The notes beneath the pieces are model-generated. The model searched no databases. It saw only the letters and a list, made by a program, of their open reading frames with translations, and was not told the origin of the DNA. From contig DAZE01000020.1 of NCBI GenBank assembly GCA_002507175.1, positions 5,872 to 69,871 of the forward strand: a stretch of DNA of 64,000 bases, given 5' to 3'. Both the position numbers and the translations under genes were made by a program. This DNA comes from Euryarchaeota archaeon UBA558 (lineage in GTDB: Archaea; Thermoplasmatota; Poseidoniia; Poseidoniales; Thalassarchaeaceae). How positions within the stretch are numbered: position 1 is the first letter of the stretch; every line of letters starts with the position of its first letter. Shown here one piece after another: positions 38,986-48,444 of the stretch.

Positions 38986-39915
38986 ATGATGTCAGATTAC
39001 TTAGTTGAAGACATAGTGAAATGTGATGAATGCAGCAGTAGAAACTTAACTCGTGATGAGACGCGTGGAGAAGTTGTCTGCGACGATTGCGGTTTGGTTC
39101 TGGAAGACAAGGTAATCGACCAAGGTGCAGAATGGCGTGTTTTCAGTCCCGAGCAAGGAGATCAAAGGGCTAGGACCGGAGCACCAATGACGGTCATGTT
39201 GCATGACAAGGGACTATCCACTGACATAGATTGGCAGAACAAAGACTACTCTGGTAAGACAATCTCCAGCAGATACAGATCCCAGTTCTACCGCATGAGA
39301 AAGTGGCAGAAGAGATCCAGGGTCTCGAATGCCACAGAGAGAAACCTCGCGATGGCACTTGCTGAGTTGGATAGGATGGCCAGTCGATTGGACTTACCAA
39401 AAACAATCCGAGAAACTGCTGCTGTGAACTACAAGAAAGCCGTAGAGAAGAGGCTAATTCGAGGCCGTTCGATTGAGGGTGTTGCGGCAGCCTCTCTCTA
39501 TGCAGCATGCCGTCAATGTAACAATCCGCGGACCCTAGACGAAATAGGCGAGGCTAGTAGGACTGGCAGAAAAGAGATCGGACGGACTTACAGGTTCATG
39601 GTCCGAGAACTAAAAATGAAGATTCCTCCTACCAAGCCGGAAGACTACATCCCGAGATTCTGCTCCGGATTGGACTTGGACGCAGAAGTACAATCGAAAG
39701 CGTATGAACTCATCCAAAAAGCGCAAGAGAAAGAACTCACAAGCGGTCGGGGACCGACCGGCATTGCCGCATCGATAATTTACATCTCAAGCGTTTTATG
39801 TGGAAAGAGAAGGACACAGAGAGAGGTCGCTGAGGTAGCTGGGGTCACTGAGGTGACAATTAGAAACCGATACAAGGAGCTCATCCAAAACCTAAACATC
39901 GAATTAGAGATATGA
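38986..39915 (+). CDS. tfb: Transcription initiation factor IIB (TFB)
   Basis: N-terminal zinc ribbon CDECSS...[13 protein letters not shown]-finger/linker region and two cyclin folds ([33 protein letters not shown]). The track ORF starts at TTG 38977. ATG 38986 or 38989 is more likely. Confidence 0.95.
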   Translation: MMSDYLVEDIVKCDECSSRNLTRDETRGEVVCDDCGLVLEDKVIDQGAEWRVFSPEQGDQRARTGAPMTVMLHDKGLSTDIDWQNKDYSGKTISSRYRSQFYRMRKWQKRSRVSNATERNLAMALAELDRMASRLDLPKTIRETAAVNYKKAVEKRLIRGRSIEGVAAASLYAACRQCNNPRTLDEIGEASRTGRKEIGRTYRFMVRELKMKIPPTKPEDYIPRFCSGLDLDAEVQSKAYELIQKAQEKELTSGRGPTGIAASIIYISSVLCGKRRTQREVAEVAGVTEVTIRNRYKELIQNLNIELEI

Positions 39916-41177
39916 GTGCCGGTGCCAGAATGCGCCTGAGAGACCCAGAGAATGTAATCTATGAGGAAGTAGGAAAGTCAATTGAGGCATCGATAATCCT
40001 TGCATGGTCGACATTTAATATTCCTGATCCCATCTATGAGTTACCTGAATTTCCGGCAATCCGTCCTAATGGGCCCCTAGCCCTGACGCAACAGGCACTC
40101 GGACTCCATTCTGCGGACAAAACGGGATTCAGGTTGAGACTTGAAGAAAGCGTCAGGAACCACTATCGACCCGTGCCCGGCTATTTTGATGAAGAGGAGA
40201 GGCGTACTAATTGGATGGCAAACAATGTAGGTCTACTAACTGATGATGTCTGCACCAAAACAGCATGTGTTTGGTTGGAACAGGCATTGGACGAGGAACA
40301 CCCAGATACAGACAGGTGGTACCTTGGCTATTCCCTGCTTGCAGGTAGGGTATTGAGCGGTTCCGAGTCTGCGTCATTGAGCCAATCAATACCAATCATG
40401 CTCGTTTTCGGCGGTCTTGATAGAGACTACTCGTCAGATGCACCTCATCCATCGGGAGTCAATGCTCTAAATTGCCTTCTCGATGCATCAGAGCAATTTA
40501 GTGACTCACCCTCCTTAGGATCTTGGATTTCCATACTTTCAATGCATCGATCTACATCTAGGATGTTAAGCATATCAGACCGCGCCGCGAGTCGTATAAT
40601 TCGGGAACAAAAAAGGATACCCAGCGGATGCATGGAGGCCTTGATCAATCTGATTTCTCATGACTTAGAGTCTGCTGAGAATGGGCTAAATCGTGTGGTT
40701 CTAGAGGGTAGTGGCTCAGCACGGATGATATTGGCAGGTAATCTCGACTCAATTGCTGGCAGAGATAGGAAACTCGCGTTAGATCTGTACGATGAGCTGT
40801 CTCAGAATTCTGATACTGGTGTCTTACTTGTTCTTTCATCATCGCTTTATTCTCTGTGCTATGACGATCCCGTGGCATTTCGGGTTAGGGCAATGAGACT
40901 GATCGAAACGGAGGATGATAAGGTAATCAGGAGACTGATTGAGTCGGGCTTTAGAGGATATCTCGATAGGGACCCCCAAGATAAATCATCATTGTTGGTG
41001 ATGGCTTGGAAGTATGGTGGCTCTCTATCCAAATCACGATTGAAAGGATTGATTTTCCAACAGAAGCAATCATCGGAGCAAAGCTTTCTCAAGACACTGT
41101 CTGGAATTCAGAAGTTCTCGGAGACTGAGGCTCTTGGCCTGCTTGAGTACATAGAGGGGCGCGAAGCCCCCCGATGA
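39912..41177 (+). CDS. Hypothetical protein translationally coupled to tfb
   Basis: 421-aa ORF whose ATG overlaps the tfb stop (ATGA). Mostly helical-looking sequence. No family recognised. Confidence 0.6.
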   Translation: MSAGARMRLRDPENVIYEEVGKSIEASIILAWSTFNIPDPIYELPEFPAIRPNGPLALTQQALGLHSADKTGFRLRLEESVRNHYRPVPGYFDEEERRTNWMANNVGLLTDDVCTKTACVWLEQALDEEHPDTDRWYLGYSLLAGRVLSGSESASLSQSIPIMLVFGGLDRDYSSDAPHPSGVNALNCLLDASEQFSDSPSLGSWISILSMHRSTSRMLSISDRAASRIIREQKRIPSGCMEALINLISHDLESAENGLNRVVLEGSGSARMILAGNLDSIAGRDRKLALDLYDELSQNSDTGVLLVLSSSLYSLCYDDPVAFRVRAMRLIETEDDKVIRRLIESGFRGYLDRDPQDKSSLLVMAWKYGGSLSKSRLKGLIFQQKQSSEQSFLKTLSGIQKFSETEALGLLEYIEGREAPR

Positions 41178-44100
41178 TCAGGAGCACCCTGTTGTTGAAC
41201 CACAGGCATTGCACTTCAGACAAGTTCCATTTCGCACCATCTGACTGCTCCCACACTCATCGCAGATGTCTCCAGTAAAACCTCTCTCCCTGGCCAATCT
41301 CCTCGTTTTCGTGACCTCATCTTCATCAGTTTCTAGAGTCGAGGAGGTCAGGGTCATTTGCACTTCTCTCTTCTCCCCCTGATGCCTGAGCAGACCATCA
41401 TCTGTAGGGACTGGCCTGCTGATCGAGGTGGTTTCCAGATCCTCTTCAGATACGTGAGCCAAGTCATTCCTGTCTAGATATTGAATCGCGAGTTCTCTGA
41501 AAATGTAGTCTACGATGCTTGTGGACATCTTCACTCTTCCACTACCACCCTGAACCATTCCACTCGGTTCGAATTTTTGGAATGTGAAGGACTTCACGAA
41601 GGCATCTAGCGGCACTCCGTACTGCAAACCAATTGATACGGCAATGGCAAATTGATTCAACATGGACCTCCAGGCTGCGCCCTCCTTCGAGGTCGTTATC
41701 ATAATCTCCCCTAGTCTGCCATCTTCATACTCGCTGGATGTGAGGTAGACTGTGTGTCCTCCAACACGTGATTTTGTGGTTTTTGATGAGCGTACGTCTG
41801 GAAGGGCCTTCCTCGCTGCTATGAAGCTCTGAACAACATTCTCCGCGATAGGCCGAGCTAGATCATCTGGGACAGGTATCGCCTTGACAGCATCCTCGAC
41901 CATGGTCTGTACTGCTCCAGACGAGTCTTCCTCCTCGAGTATGGAGGTATCAACTATCTGACTCATCAAGGGTTGGGACAGTTTACTTCCATCTCGATAG
42001 ACTGCACAGGCTTTGTTCATTGTGCTGTGACTTAGCTCATATGCCTCACGTATATCATCGATTGAAGCTGAGGCGGGCATGTTGATTGTTTTGGAAATCG
42101 CGCCTGAGATGAATGGCTGGGCAGCCGCCATCATTAGAACGTGGGCTTGCCAATCAATGGACCTCGTACCGTGCTTGCCGCATGGTGTGGCGCAATCGAA
42201 TACAGCTAAGTGTTCTTCTTTTAGTCCGGGGGCCCCCTCGATACTCCCATATCCGAAGATTACGTCATTTGCCCGCTCGATGTCTTCGGGAGAAAGGCCG
42301 ATGTGAGCCAGGGTATCGAAGAATACGTTCTGACAATCTTCATCCGACATAGTCAAGACAGTCTTGCAGAAATCATCTCCCAACACCGATGGAGAAAAGG
42401 CCGATCTAATGTCAAAAACATCTGGCATCGAGGACTCTATGTTTGATAGAACCTCGTCTGTGAACCCCTTTTCTTTCAAAATTCGGGGATCGAGGCCGGG
42501 GCTGCCTGAAAGTCGTCCAGTCCCCATGATGTGGTCTACGATCGAAGTGACCTCTGAATCCGTGTAGCCTAATCGCTTCAGTGCACTCGGGACCCCTCTG
42601 TTGATTATTCTGAGCGTCCCACCTCCTGCTAGTTGCTTGTACTGCACCAGTGAGAATTGTGGCTCGACCCCAGTTGTATCAGCAGCCATAACCAGGCCTA
42701 TGGTTCCAGTTGGAGCGATGACGGTGGTCTGAGCATTTCTGTAACCGTATTCCTCCCCCCCTTGCACCGCTCGATCCCAAGCAGATTTTGCGGCATCCAA
42801 GAGATCGCTGGGACATCGTTTTGCGTCTATTCCCATGGGGGTTATGGTTAGACCCTCGTATTCGCTTCCTTTCGCATCATAAGCCGCTCTCCTGTGGTTC
42901 CTCATCACTTTGAGCATGTGATCAGCATTCTCGTGATATTTCGGGAACGGCCCTAACGAACCTGCGAGTTCTGCCGATGTGGCATAGGACTCACCACACA
43001 TGATCGATGATAATGCTCCACACACTGCGTAAGCTCGGTCATCCGCATATGGCAACCCCATGTGCATTAGAAGAGACCCCAAGTTGCAGTACCCGAGACC
43101 TAATGTCCTGTATTCGTATGATTTCCTGGCAATCTCTTCAGAAGGAAACTGAGCCATCAGGACACTGATCTCTAGCGTCATCGTCCATAGCCTCACGCTG
43201 TGTTGGAATGATGGAATGTCGAACTTTTGAGCATCGGTGTCGAAGTAGTGCAACAGGTTGATGCTCGCGAGATTACATGCTGTATCATCTAAAAACATGT
43301 ATTCTGAACATGGGTTTGACCCATTGATTCGTCCACCCTCTGGGCACGTATGCCACTCGTTTATGGTAGTATCAAATTGTACGCCTGGGTCAGCACATGC
43401 CCAAGCAGTGTAGGCAACCTTGTCCCAGAGTTCTTTGGCAGGCATGGACCTACAGGGCGTGGGTTCCCTGCCACTCTCATTGGCGTTCTTCAGCTCAGTT
43501 CTATGATAAAGGTTCCAAGTCCCATCGTTTTCCAGAGCATCCATGAATGAGTTTGGTACACGGACCGAGTTGTTGGAGTTCTGCCCAGAGACGGTGCCAT
43601 AACCTTCACCCTGCCAGTCTGTATCCATCTTATCGAAATGGATCGATTTCCATCCCTGTTCTGCAAGGTCCAAGAATCTCTTGACGTGAGAATTGGGAAC
43701 ATGGTTCTTTATCGCCTTAGCGGCAGCCTTCTTCAATTCTAGATTGTCATTCATGTCAAGCTTGTTACCTTTGCCGTCGAAGCTCCATATTGCATCCATG
43801 ATTGCGTCGGCATGACCCTGTAGCAGATTAGATCCAATAACCAAGGCAGAAACCTTCTCTTCCTCGGATAACTTCCAATCTATGTATTCCTCGATATCGG
43901 GATGGTCCAGATCTAATGTGACCATCTTTGCAGCTCTTCTCGTGGTGCCACCGGATTTTATAGCACCAGCAGCCCTATCTCCAATTTTTAGGAATGAAAT
44001 TAATCCACTTGAGGTGCCACCTCCTGAGAGTGGCTCCCCTGAACCCCTTATGTTTGAGAAGTTTGAACCTGTTCCTGATCCGTATTTGAACAATAGTGCT

Positions 44101-44879
44101 TCCCGGTTCCAGAGCCCCATTATTGAGTCTGTGCCACCAACCAGCGAGTCTGAGACAGATTGAATGAAGCAGGCATGTGGCTGGGGGTGTTCATATGCAT
44201 TCGTAGAGGTCATCAGTTCTCCGGTTGACGGGTCGATGTATCGATGACCCTGGGCAGGTCCCTCTATCCCGTAGGCCCAATGCAATCCTGTGTTGAACCA
44301 TTGAGGGCTGTTTGGCGCTGATCGCTGGCTGGCGATCAAGTAGCACATTTCGTCAAAGTAGGCCCTTGCGTCTGCTTCGGCTGCGAAGTAGCCATGCTTC
44401 CATCCCCAATATGTCCACGTTCCAGCCAAGCGACGGAATAGCTCTCTACCGTGACTTTCACCAATGAACCTTTTTTCGGGATCCAGAGATTGTAGTTTCT
44501 CATGATCTGGTTCGCTCCTCTGTAACCATGTTGGTACTCCCTTCTCTTTCACCCTGCGTAGTATCGCTGGAACCCCAGCTTTTCTGAGGTACTTCTGGGC
44601 AAGCACCTTCCCTGCCACCCCAGAGAAGCCCGAAGGCAATCTGACGTCATCTATCCTGTGTGCGAGAGACCCATCAGCATTCCGAATCTCGACGTCCATC
44701 TCTATCCAATCGAATTGATCGAAGGGGTCTTCCCCGACCGTCGTGAACCGTCTTTCAATGACTAATCCGGTTTCAATCGGCCCTTCTGAATTCTTGCCTC
44801 CTTTTTCAGTTCTGGTCTGCATAGTATCGTCTTCCTTGTCACCCTCCGCCCCGATAACCCAGAGCGAGGGATTCAACAT
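41178..44879 (-). CDS. nrdJ: Adenosylcobalamin-dependent ribonucleotide reductase (class II, NrdJ)
   Basis: TACNLASINL, NPCSEY and C-terminal zinc ribbon CDECGSSQMVRNGTCLKCNACGSTTGCS. Alternative start ATG at 44822. Confidence 0.95.
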   Translation of the reverse strand: MLNPSLWVIGAEGDKEDDTMQTRTEKGGKNSEGPIETGLVIERRFTTVGEDPFDQFDWIEMDVEIRNADGSLAHRIDDVRLPSGFSGVAGKVLAQKYLRKAGVPAILRRVKEKGVPTWLQRSEPDHEKLQSLDPEKRFIGESHGRELFRRLAGTWTYWGWKHGYFAAEADARAYFDEMCYLIASQRSAPNSPQWFNTGLHWAYGIEGPAQGHRYIDPSTGELMTSTNAYEHPQPHACFIQSVSDSLVGGTDSIMGLWNREALLFKYGSGTGSNFSNIRGSGEPLSGGGTSSGLISFLKIGDRAAGAIKSGGTTRRAAKMVTLDLDHPDIEEYIDWKLSEEEKVSALVIGSNLLQGHADAIMDAIWSFDGKGNKLDMNDNLELKKAAAKAIKNHVPNSHVKRFLDLAEQGWKSIHFDKMDTDWQGEGYGTVSGQNSNNSVRVPNSFMDALENDGTWNLYHRTELKNANESGREPTPCRSMPAKELWDKVAYTAWACADPGVQFDTTINEWHTCPEGGRINGSNPCSEYMFLDDTACNLASINLLHYFDTDAQKFDIPSFQHSVRLWTMTLEISVLMAQFPSEEIARKSYEYRTLGLGYCNLGSLLMHMGLPYADDRAYAVCGALSSIMCGESYATSAELAGSLGPFPKYHENADHMLKVMRNHRRAAYDAKGSEYEGLTITPMGIDAKRCPSDLLDAAKSAWDRAVQGGEEYGYRNAQTTVIAPTGTIGLVMAADTTGVEPQFSLVQYKQLAGGGTLRIINRGVPSALKRLGYTDSEVTSIVDHIMGTGRLSGSPGLDPRILKEKGFTDEVLSNIESSMPDVFDIRSAFSPSVLGDDFCKTVLTMSDEDCQNVFFDTLAHIGLSPEDIERANDVIFGYGSIEGAPGLKEEHLAVFDCATPCGKHGTRSIDWQAHVLMMAAAQPFISGAISKTINMPASASIDDIREAYELSHSTMNKACAVYRDGSKLSQPLMSQIVDTSILEEEDSSGAVQTMVEDAVKAIPVPDDLARPIAENVVQSFIAARKALPDVRSSKTTKSRVGGHTVYLTSSEYEDGRLGEIMITTSKEGAAWRSMLNQFAIAVSIGLQYGVPLDAFVKSFTFQKFEPSGMVQGGSGRVKMSTSIVDYIFRELAIQYLDRNDLAHVSEEDLETTSISRPVPTDDGLLRHQGEKREVQMTLTSSTLETDEDEVTKTRRLARERGFTGDICDECGSSQMVRNGTCLKCNACGSTTGCS

Positions 44880-44977
44880 CGACGCTGGAGGGTGTTTAAT
44901 GGTTCTCTAAGGGAAACCTAGGTAGACTACAATTGTGCTGGGTTCTTTTCCAGTAGAAAATCATGTAATTGTAAAAT

Positions 44978-45421
44978 CTAAGCTTTGAAATCCAGCTCCC
45001 ACGTGAGATTCACTCCACCTCGAGTTAACATGATGCCAACTGAACATAGCTTTTCGTGAGATTGATGGATTATGCGATCGAGGAGTGCTACTGGGACATC
45101 CCCCCTTACCACATATACGAAGTGGATCTTCTCGAAGACCCTTGGTGATTCTGAAGCCCTTGACGAGTCTATTTCTATTCGAGCTTCCCTGAGGTTTCCT
45201 CGTCTATCTTTGAGCCCTCCAATCACGTCGATCAATGAACAGGTAGCATGGGCATGCAGAACCATCTCCATTGGACTGGGAGAATCTTGATCATAAATTG
45301 AGAACCGTTTGCCACCTTCAGTTTGTCCATCAAAACCATTGCCATTCCATGTCACCGAGCCTCGCATGGCGTTTCCTGCCAGAGCCCCATCAAGAGGGTT
45401 GGCTTCATGAGGGGGATCCAT
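44978..45421 (-). CDS. OsmC/Ohr family protein
   Basis: [22 protein letters not shown] and the later conserved CSV context. 147 aa. Confidence 0.75.
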   Translation of the reverse strand: MDPPHEANPLDGALAGNAMRGSVTWNGNGFDGQTEGGKRFSIYDQDSPSPMEMVLHAHATCSLIDVIGGLKDRRGNLREARIEIDSSRASESPRVFEKIHFVYVVRGDVPVALLDRIIHQSHEKLCSVGIMLTRGGVNLTWELDFKA

Positions 45422-45444
45422 GTGAGGTTCATAGGGACGGTACC

Positions 45445-46668
45445 ATGGGATCGACGATTCAAAATCTAAACACGGAAATTTCCGTGCCTAACGATCCAAT
45501 AATCAACTATATCGAGGGCGACGGAATCGGGGTTGACATCACTCCGGTTATGATCAAGGTGGTAAACGAGAGTGTCAAAAAGGCCTATTCCGGGGCTAGG
45601 ATCATAACGTGGAATGAAGTTCTCGCAGGGCAGAAAGCATTCGATTTGACCGGCGAGTGGCTGCCGGAGGAAACACTGCAATCGATGAAGCAAGGACTGA
45701 TATCCATCAAAGGCCCACTAACGACGCCAGTAGGCGGGGGCATTAGAAGTCTGAACGTTGCACTAAGACAAAAACTCGACCTTTATGCTTGTGTCAGGCC
45801 AGTCAGATGGTATGTAGGAACCCCAAGTCCTGTAAAGCAGCCTGAGGCAGTTGACATGGTGATCTTCAGGGAGAATAGTGAAGACGTGTACGCAGGGATC
45901 GAGTGGGAGTCCGGGAGTGAGGGTGCCAAGCGAGTCATAGAATTCCTCCAAAAGGAAATGGGGGTGGATAAGATAAGATTCCCAGAAACCTCTGGGATCG
46001 GAATCAAACCCGTTAGTAAAGAAGGCACTGCCCGCATAGTTAGGGCAGCAATCAATCATGCGATAACAGAGGATAAGTCCAGTGTCACACTCGTACACAA
46101 GGGGAACATCATGAAATTCACTGAGGGGGGATTTCGAGATTGGGGCTATCAACTGGCTCGCGAAGAATTCGGAGCCAAAAAAATAGGCGAAGGACCCTGG
46201 TGCGAGCTTGAAAATCCAACTACGGGAAATAAAATAGTAATCAAGGACGTGATTGCTGACGCAATGCTGCAGCAGGTTCTCACCAGGCCCAGGGAATACA
46301 GTGTCCTCGCAACTATGAACCTCAACGGTGATTACATCTCAGACGCATTGGCAGCACAAGTGGGGGGGATAGGGATCGCCCCAGGTGCGAACATCAACTA
46401 TGACACTGGAATAGCAATATTCGAAGCAACTCATGGGACGGCACCAAAATACACCGGCCAAGACAAAGTGAACCCTGGCTCCATCATATTGTCAGCTGAG
46501 ATGATGCTGCGCCACATGGGCTGGATCGAGGCAGCCGATCTCATAGTAAGAGGCGTAGAAGGCGCCATCTCATCAAAGACAGTGACTTATGACTTTGAGA
46601 GGCTTATGCCAGGCGCGAAATTGCTAAGATGTAGTGAGTTTGGGGATGCAATAATCTCTCATATGTGA
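45445..46668 (+). CDS. icd: Isocitrate dehydrogenase (NADP-type, prokaryotic homodimeric)
   Basis: [37 protein letters not shown] and [20 protein letters not shown] 45445 chosen. The upstream part of track ORF 45271 overlaps osmC. Confidence 0.95.
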   Translation: MGSTIQNLNTEISVPNDPIINYIEGDGIGVDITPVMIKVVNESVKKAYSGARIITWNEVLAGQKAFDLTGEWLPEETLQSMKQGLISIKGPLTTPVGGGIRSLNVALRQKLDLYACVRPVRWYVGTPSPVKQPEAVDMVIFRENSEDVYAGIEWESGSEGAKRVIEFLQKEMGVDKIRFPETSGIGIKPVSKEGTARIVRAAINHAITEDKSSVTLVHKGNIMKFTEGGFRDWGYQLAREEFGAKKIGEGPWCELENPTTGNKIVIKDVIADAMLQQVLTRPREYSVLATMNLNGDYISDALAAQVGGIGIAPGANINYDTGIAIFEATHGTAPKYTGQDKVNPGSIILSAEMMLRHMGWIEAADLIVRGVEGAISSKTVTYDFERLMPGAKLLRCSEFGDAIISHM

Positions 46669-46733
46669 ATATTCATCTTGACATTTGACTAGCGATCTGC
46701 CAGATCACAGAATCGATCATGAAGTGGGACCTT

Positions 46734-46778
46734 GAAAAATAAAAAATGGCGGGAGGGCCCGGTTGGGCCCCCACCGCC
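46734..46778 (-). terminator. GC-rich hairpin plus T-tract downstream of the rhodopsin gene
   Basis: GGCGG-GA-GGGCCC-GGTT-GGGCCC-CCA-CCGCC (46748..46778). On the minus strand it is followed by ATTTTTTATTTTTC. It lies 40 nt after the rhodopsin stop. Confidence 0.5.
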
Positions 46779-46818
46779 TTGTTGCGTATTACTTGGGTAA
46801 TTGACTCAGTTCACTGAA

Positions 46819-47688
46819 TCAAGCCATGGCTGCGGTAGCCTTCTTGGCTCCCATCCATGCTACTACACCGAAACCGATCTTGTTGATCATGTCAGCGATG
46901 TTGTATAGAACGCCCATTAGCTCCTGGTTGCCGTCTAGTAGATTGGCCTCAGGGCTGTACAAGTAGCCGATTGGGTAGATGACCCACCCTACGACTATGA
47001 ACATCCTTAGTGCGTTAAGGCTCCACTCTAGTTCGGCCTTCACCTTGCTGTTGTCGATACCCTTTGGCTCCATCATTCCGAATGGATCTCCGACTGCAAC
47101 AATGATCATTGCCCAGCCCACACCGCTCAATATCAAGCAGATTAGACCAGCGGAGTCACCGAATGTGCCATCCATGAGGCCTGTCTCGCCGGCGAATCCC
47201 CAGCCAATCATCCAAACTGCACCGAAGAAACACACGTTTGCGAATCCTCCGATTCCTGGGATCTTAGCGTCGGTGATAGCATCCTTCCCCACCAAGCTTG
47301 GGAACTTGAGAGCCATCAGCGGGACTGTGATGAGCCAGTCCATGTATCTGTAGTGGACGCTAACTATTCCATCCTCGACATAGGCGCCACGCATGTAGTA
47401 GTAGTGGAACGCTGCGATACCCACAATTAGTGCGGAAATCGTCATTGTTGTCCTGTACTCTTCAGCAACGCTGTTTCGCTCCATGACGAAGAAGATGAAC
47501 GCCGCTCCCATCGAAATGTACCCGACGAAGAAGAGGAAGAAGGTCAATAGAGCCATTCCCTCGTAGTCGTTTGGGTTTGCGTATTCCGATGCGGATGCAG
47601 TGGACAGTCCCAGTACTCCCAGCGTCATCAGGGCGAGTATTGGGGCACTCATTCTCAGGCCATTTTTGTAGGATGGATTAAGATCCAT
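46819..47688 (-). CDS. Proteorhodopsin-family microbial rhodopsin (DTK motif)
   Basis: Helix C RYMDWLITVPLMALKF, FHYYYMRG (PR-type His), helix G YNIADMINKIGFG with the Schiff-base Lys, and seven hydrophobic helices. Confidence 0.95.
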   Translation of the reverse strand: MDLNPSYKNGLRMSAPILALMTLGVLGLSTASASEYANPNDYEGMALLTFFLFFVGYISMGAAFIFFVMERNSVAEEYRTTMTISALIVGIAAFHYYYMRGAYVEDGIVSVHYRYMDWLITVPLMALKFPSLVGKDAITDAKIPGIGGFANVCFFGAVWMIGWGFAGETGLMDGTFGDSAGLICLILSGVGWAMIIVAVGDPFGMMEPKGIDNSKVKAELEWSLNALRMFIVVGWVIYPIGYLYSPEANLLDGNQELMGVLYNIADMINKIGFGVVAWMGAKKATAAMA

Positions 47689-47709
47689 GGGGGAACCCTA
47701 AAATTACCT

Positions 47710-47717
47710 TATATAAA
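47710..47717 (-). promoter_or_regulatory. Candidate TATA box for the rhodopsin gene (near-leaderless transcript)
   Basis: Minus-strand TTTATATA is centred about 26 nt upstream of ATG 47688. Confidence 0.4.
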
Positions 47718-47763
47718 TACCTGTCACTAGTCTAATTTAAACAATACGCTTCATAGGCCCTTT

Positions 47764-48444
47764 TTGCCTCGCTCGGCCATGGACAACCCAAGGGAACTAC
47801 TCCTGTCACTTTCTGATGCTGCCGCTGGAACTGACAATCCACTTTCTTGGTTTGAAGACCTTTATTCCAGAGCAAATAGGGATGATAGCTGGATTCCATG
47901 GTCTGATGGAAATCCCAATCCACTGTTGGTTGACTGGGTGATCGGGCAACCTGCGGGGAAAGCATTAGTTGTTGGCTCAGGACTAGGGGAAGATGCTGCG
48001 TTTCTAGAAAAAAAGGGATGGCAGGTAACGGCTTTCGACATCTCAGAAACTGCGATAAAATGGTCTTCGGACAGGTACAGTCACACGTCTGTTTCTTGGA
48101 TGGTAGCTGACCTGCTGAACCTTCCTCCAGAGTTGTGCGGTGACTTTGATTTGGTACTTGAAGTCCACATCTTACAGGCCATGCCCGTCGAACTAAGGAA
48201 AATAGCCTCACAAAAACTAGCCCCCCTGGTATCAGAAAACGGTTTCTTGGTCTGTATTGGACGCTATGCTACAGAGGACGATCTTACTATCGGGCCACCA
48301 TGGCCATTGAGCTATTCATTTATTGAGTCCATAGGCGCGAGTCTCGGTGAAATGAGCTTGAAGAAAATCAGGCTTGAGTCCGATGATAGTTCCGTTTCCC
48401 GCTACAGGGCTATTTGGAGACGAACGAAAATTAAGAACGATTGA
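47764..48444 (+). CDS. SAM-dependent methyltransferase (TPMT-like class I)
   Basis: ALVVGSGLGEDAAFL (motif I), VTAFDISETAI (acidic post-beta2) and a Trp-rich N-terminus as in thiopurine-MTase-like proteins. Alternative ATG at 47779. Confidence 0.75.
   Translation: MPRSAMDNPRELLLSLSDAAAGTDNPLSWFEDLYSRANRDDSWIPWSDGNPNPLLVDWVIGQPAGKALVVGSGLGEDAAFLEKKGWQVTAFDISETAIKWSSDRYSHTSVSWMVADLLNLPPELCGDFDLVLEVHILQAMPVELRKIASQKLAPLVSENGFLVCIGRYATEDDLTIGPPWPLSYSFIESIGASLGEMSLKKIRLESDDSSVSRYRAIWRRTKIKND

Noticed and set aside
41178-44879. Possible intein in the unusually long NrdJ
   Set aside because: No intein N-terminal splice block, homing-endonuclease motifs or terminal His-Asn followed by Cys/Ser/Thr were seen. 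RNR motifs are contiguous.
44880-44977. Possible cobalamin riboswitch or NrdR-type operator upstream of nrdJ
   Set aside because: The 98-nt spacer is too short and lacks the conserved B12-box. It holds only AT-rich promoter-like sequence.
45271-45444. Upstream extension of the icd ORF
   Set aside because: It overlaps the osmC coding region on the other strand. Icd homology starts at MGSTIQNL (ATG 45445).
47732-48211. 159-aa minus-strand ORF between the rhodopsin and PIN-protein genes
   Set aside because: The overlapping plus-strand ORF carries clear SAM-methyltransferase motifs (VVGSGLGEDAAFL, AFDISE). The minus-strand product is Pro/Gln/Ser/Cys-rich with no motif.
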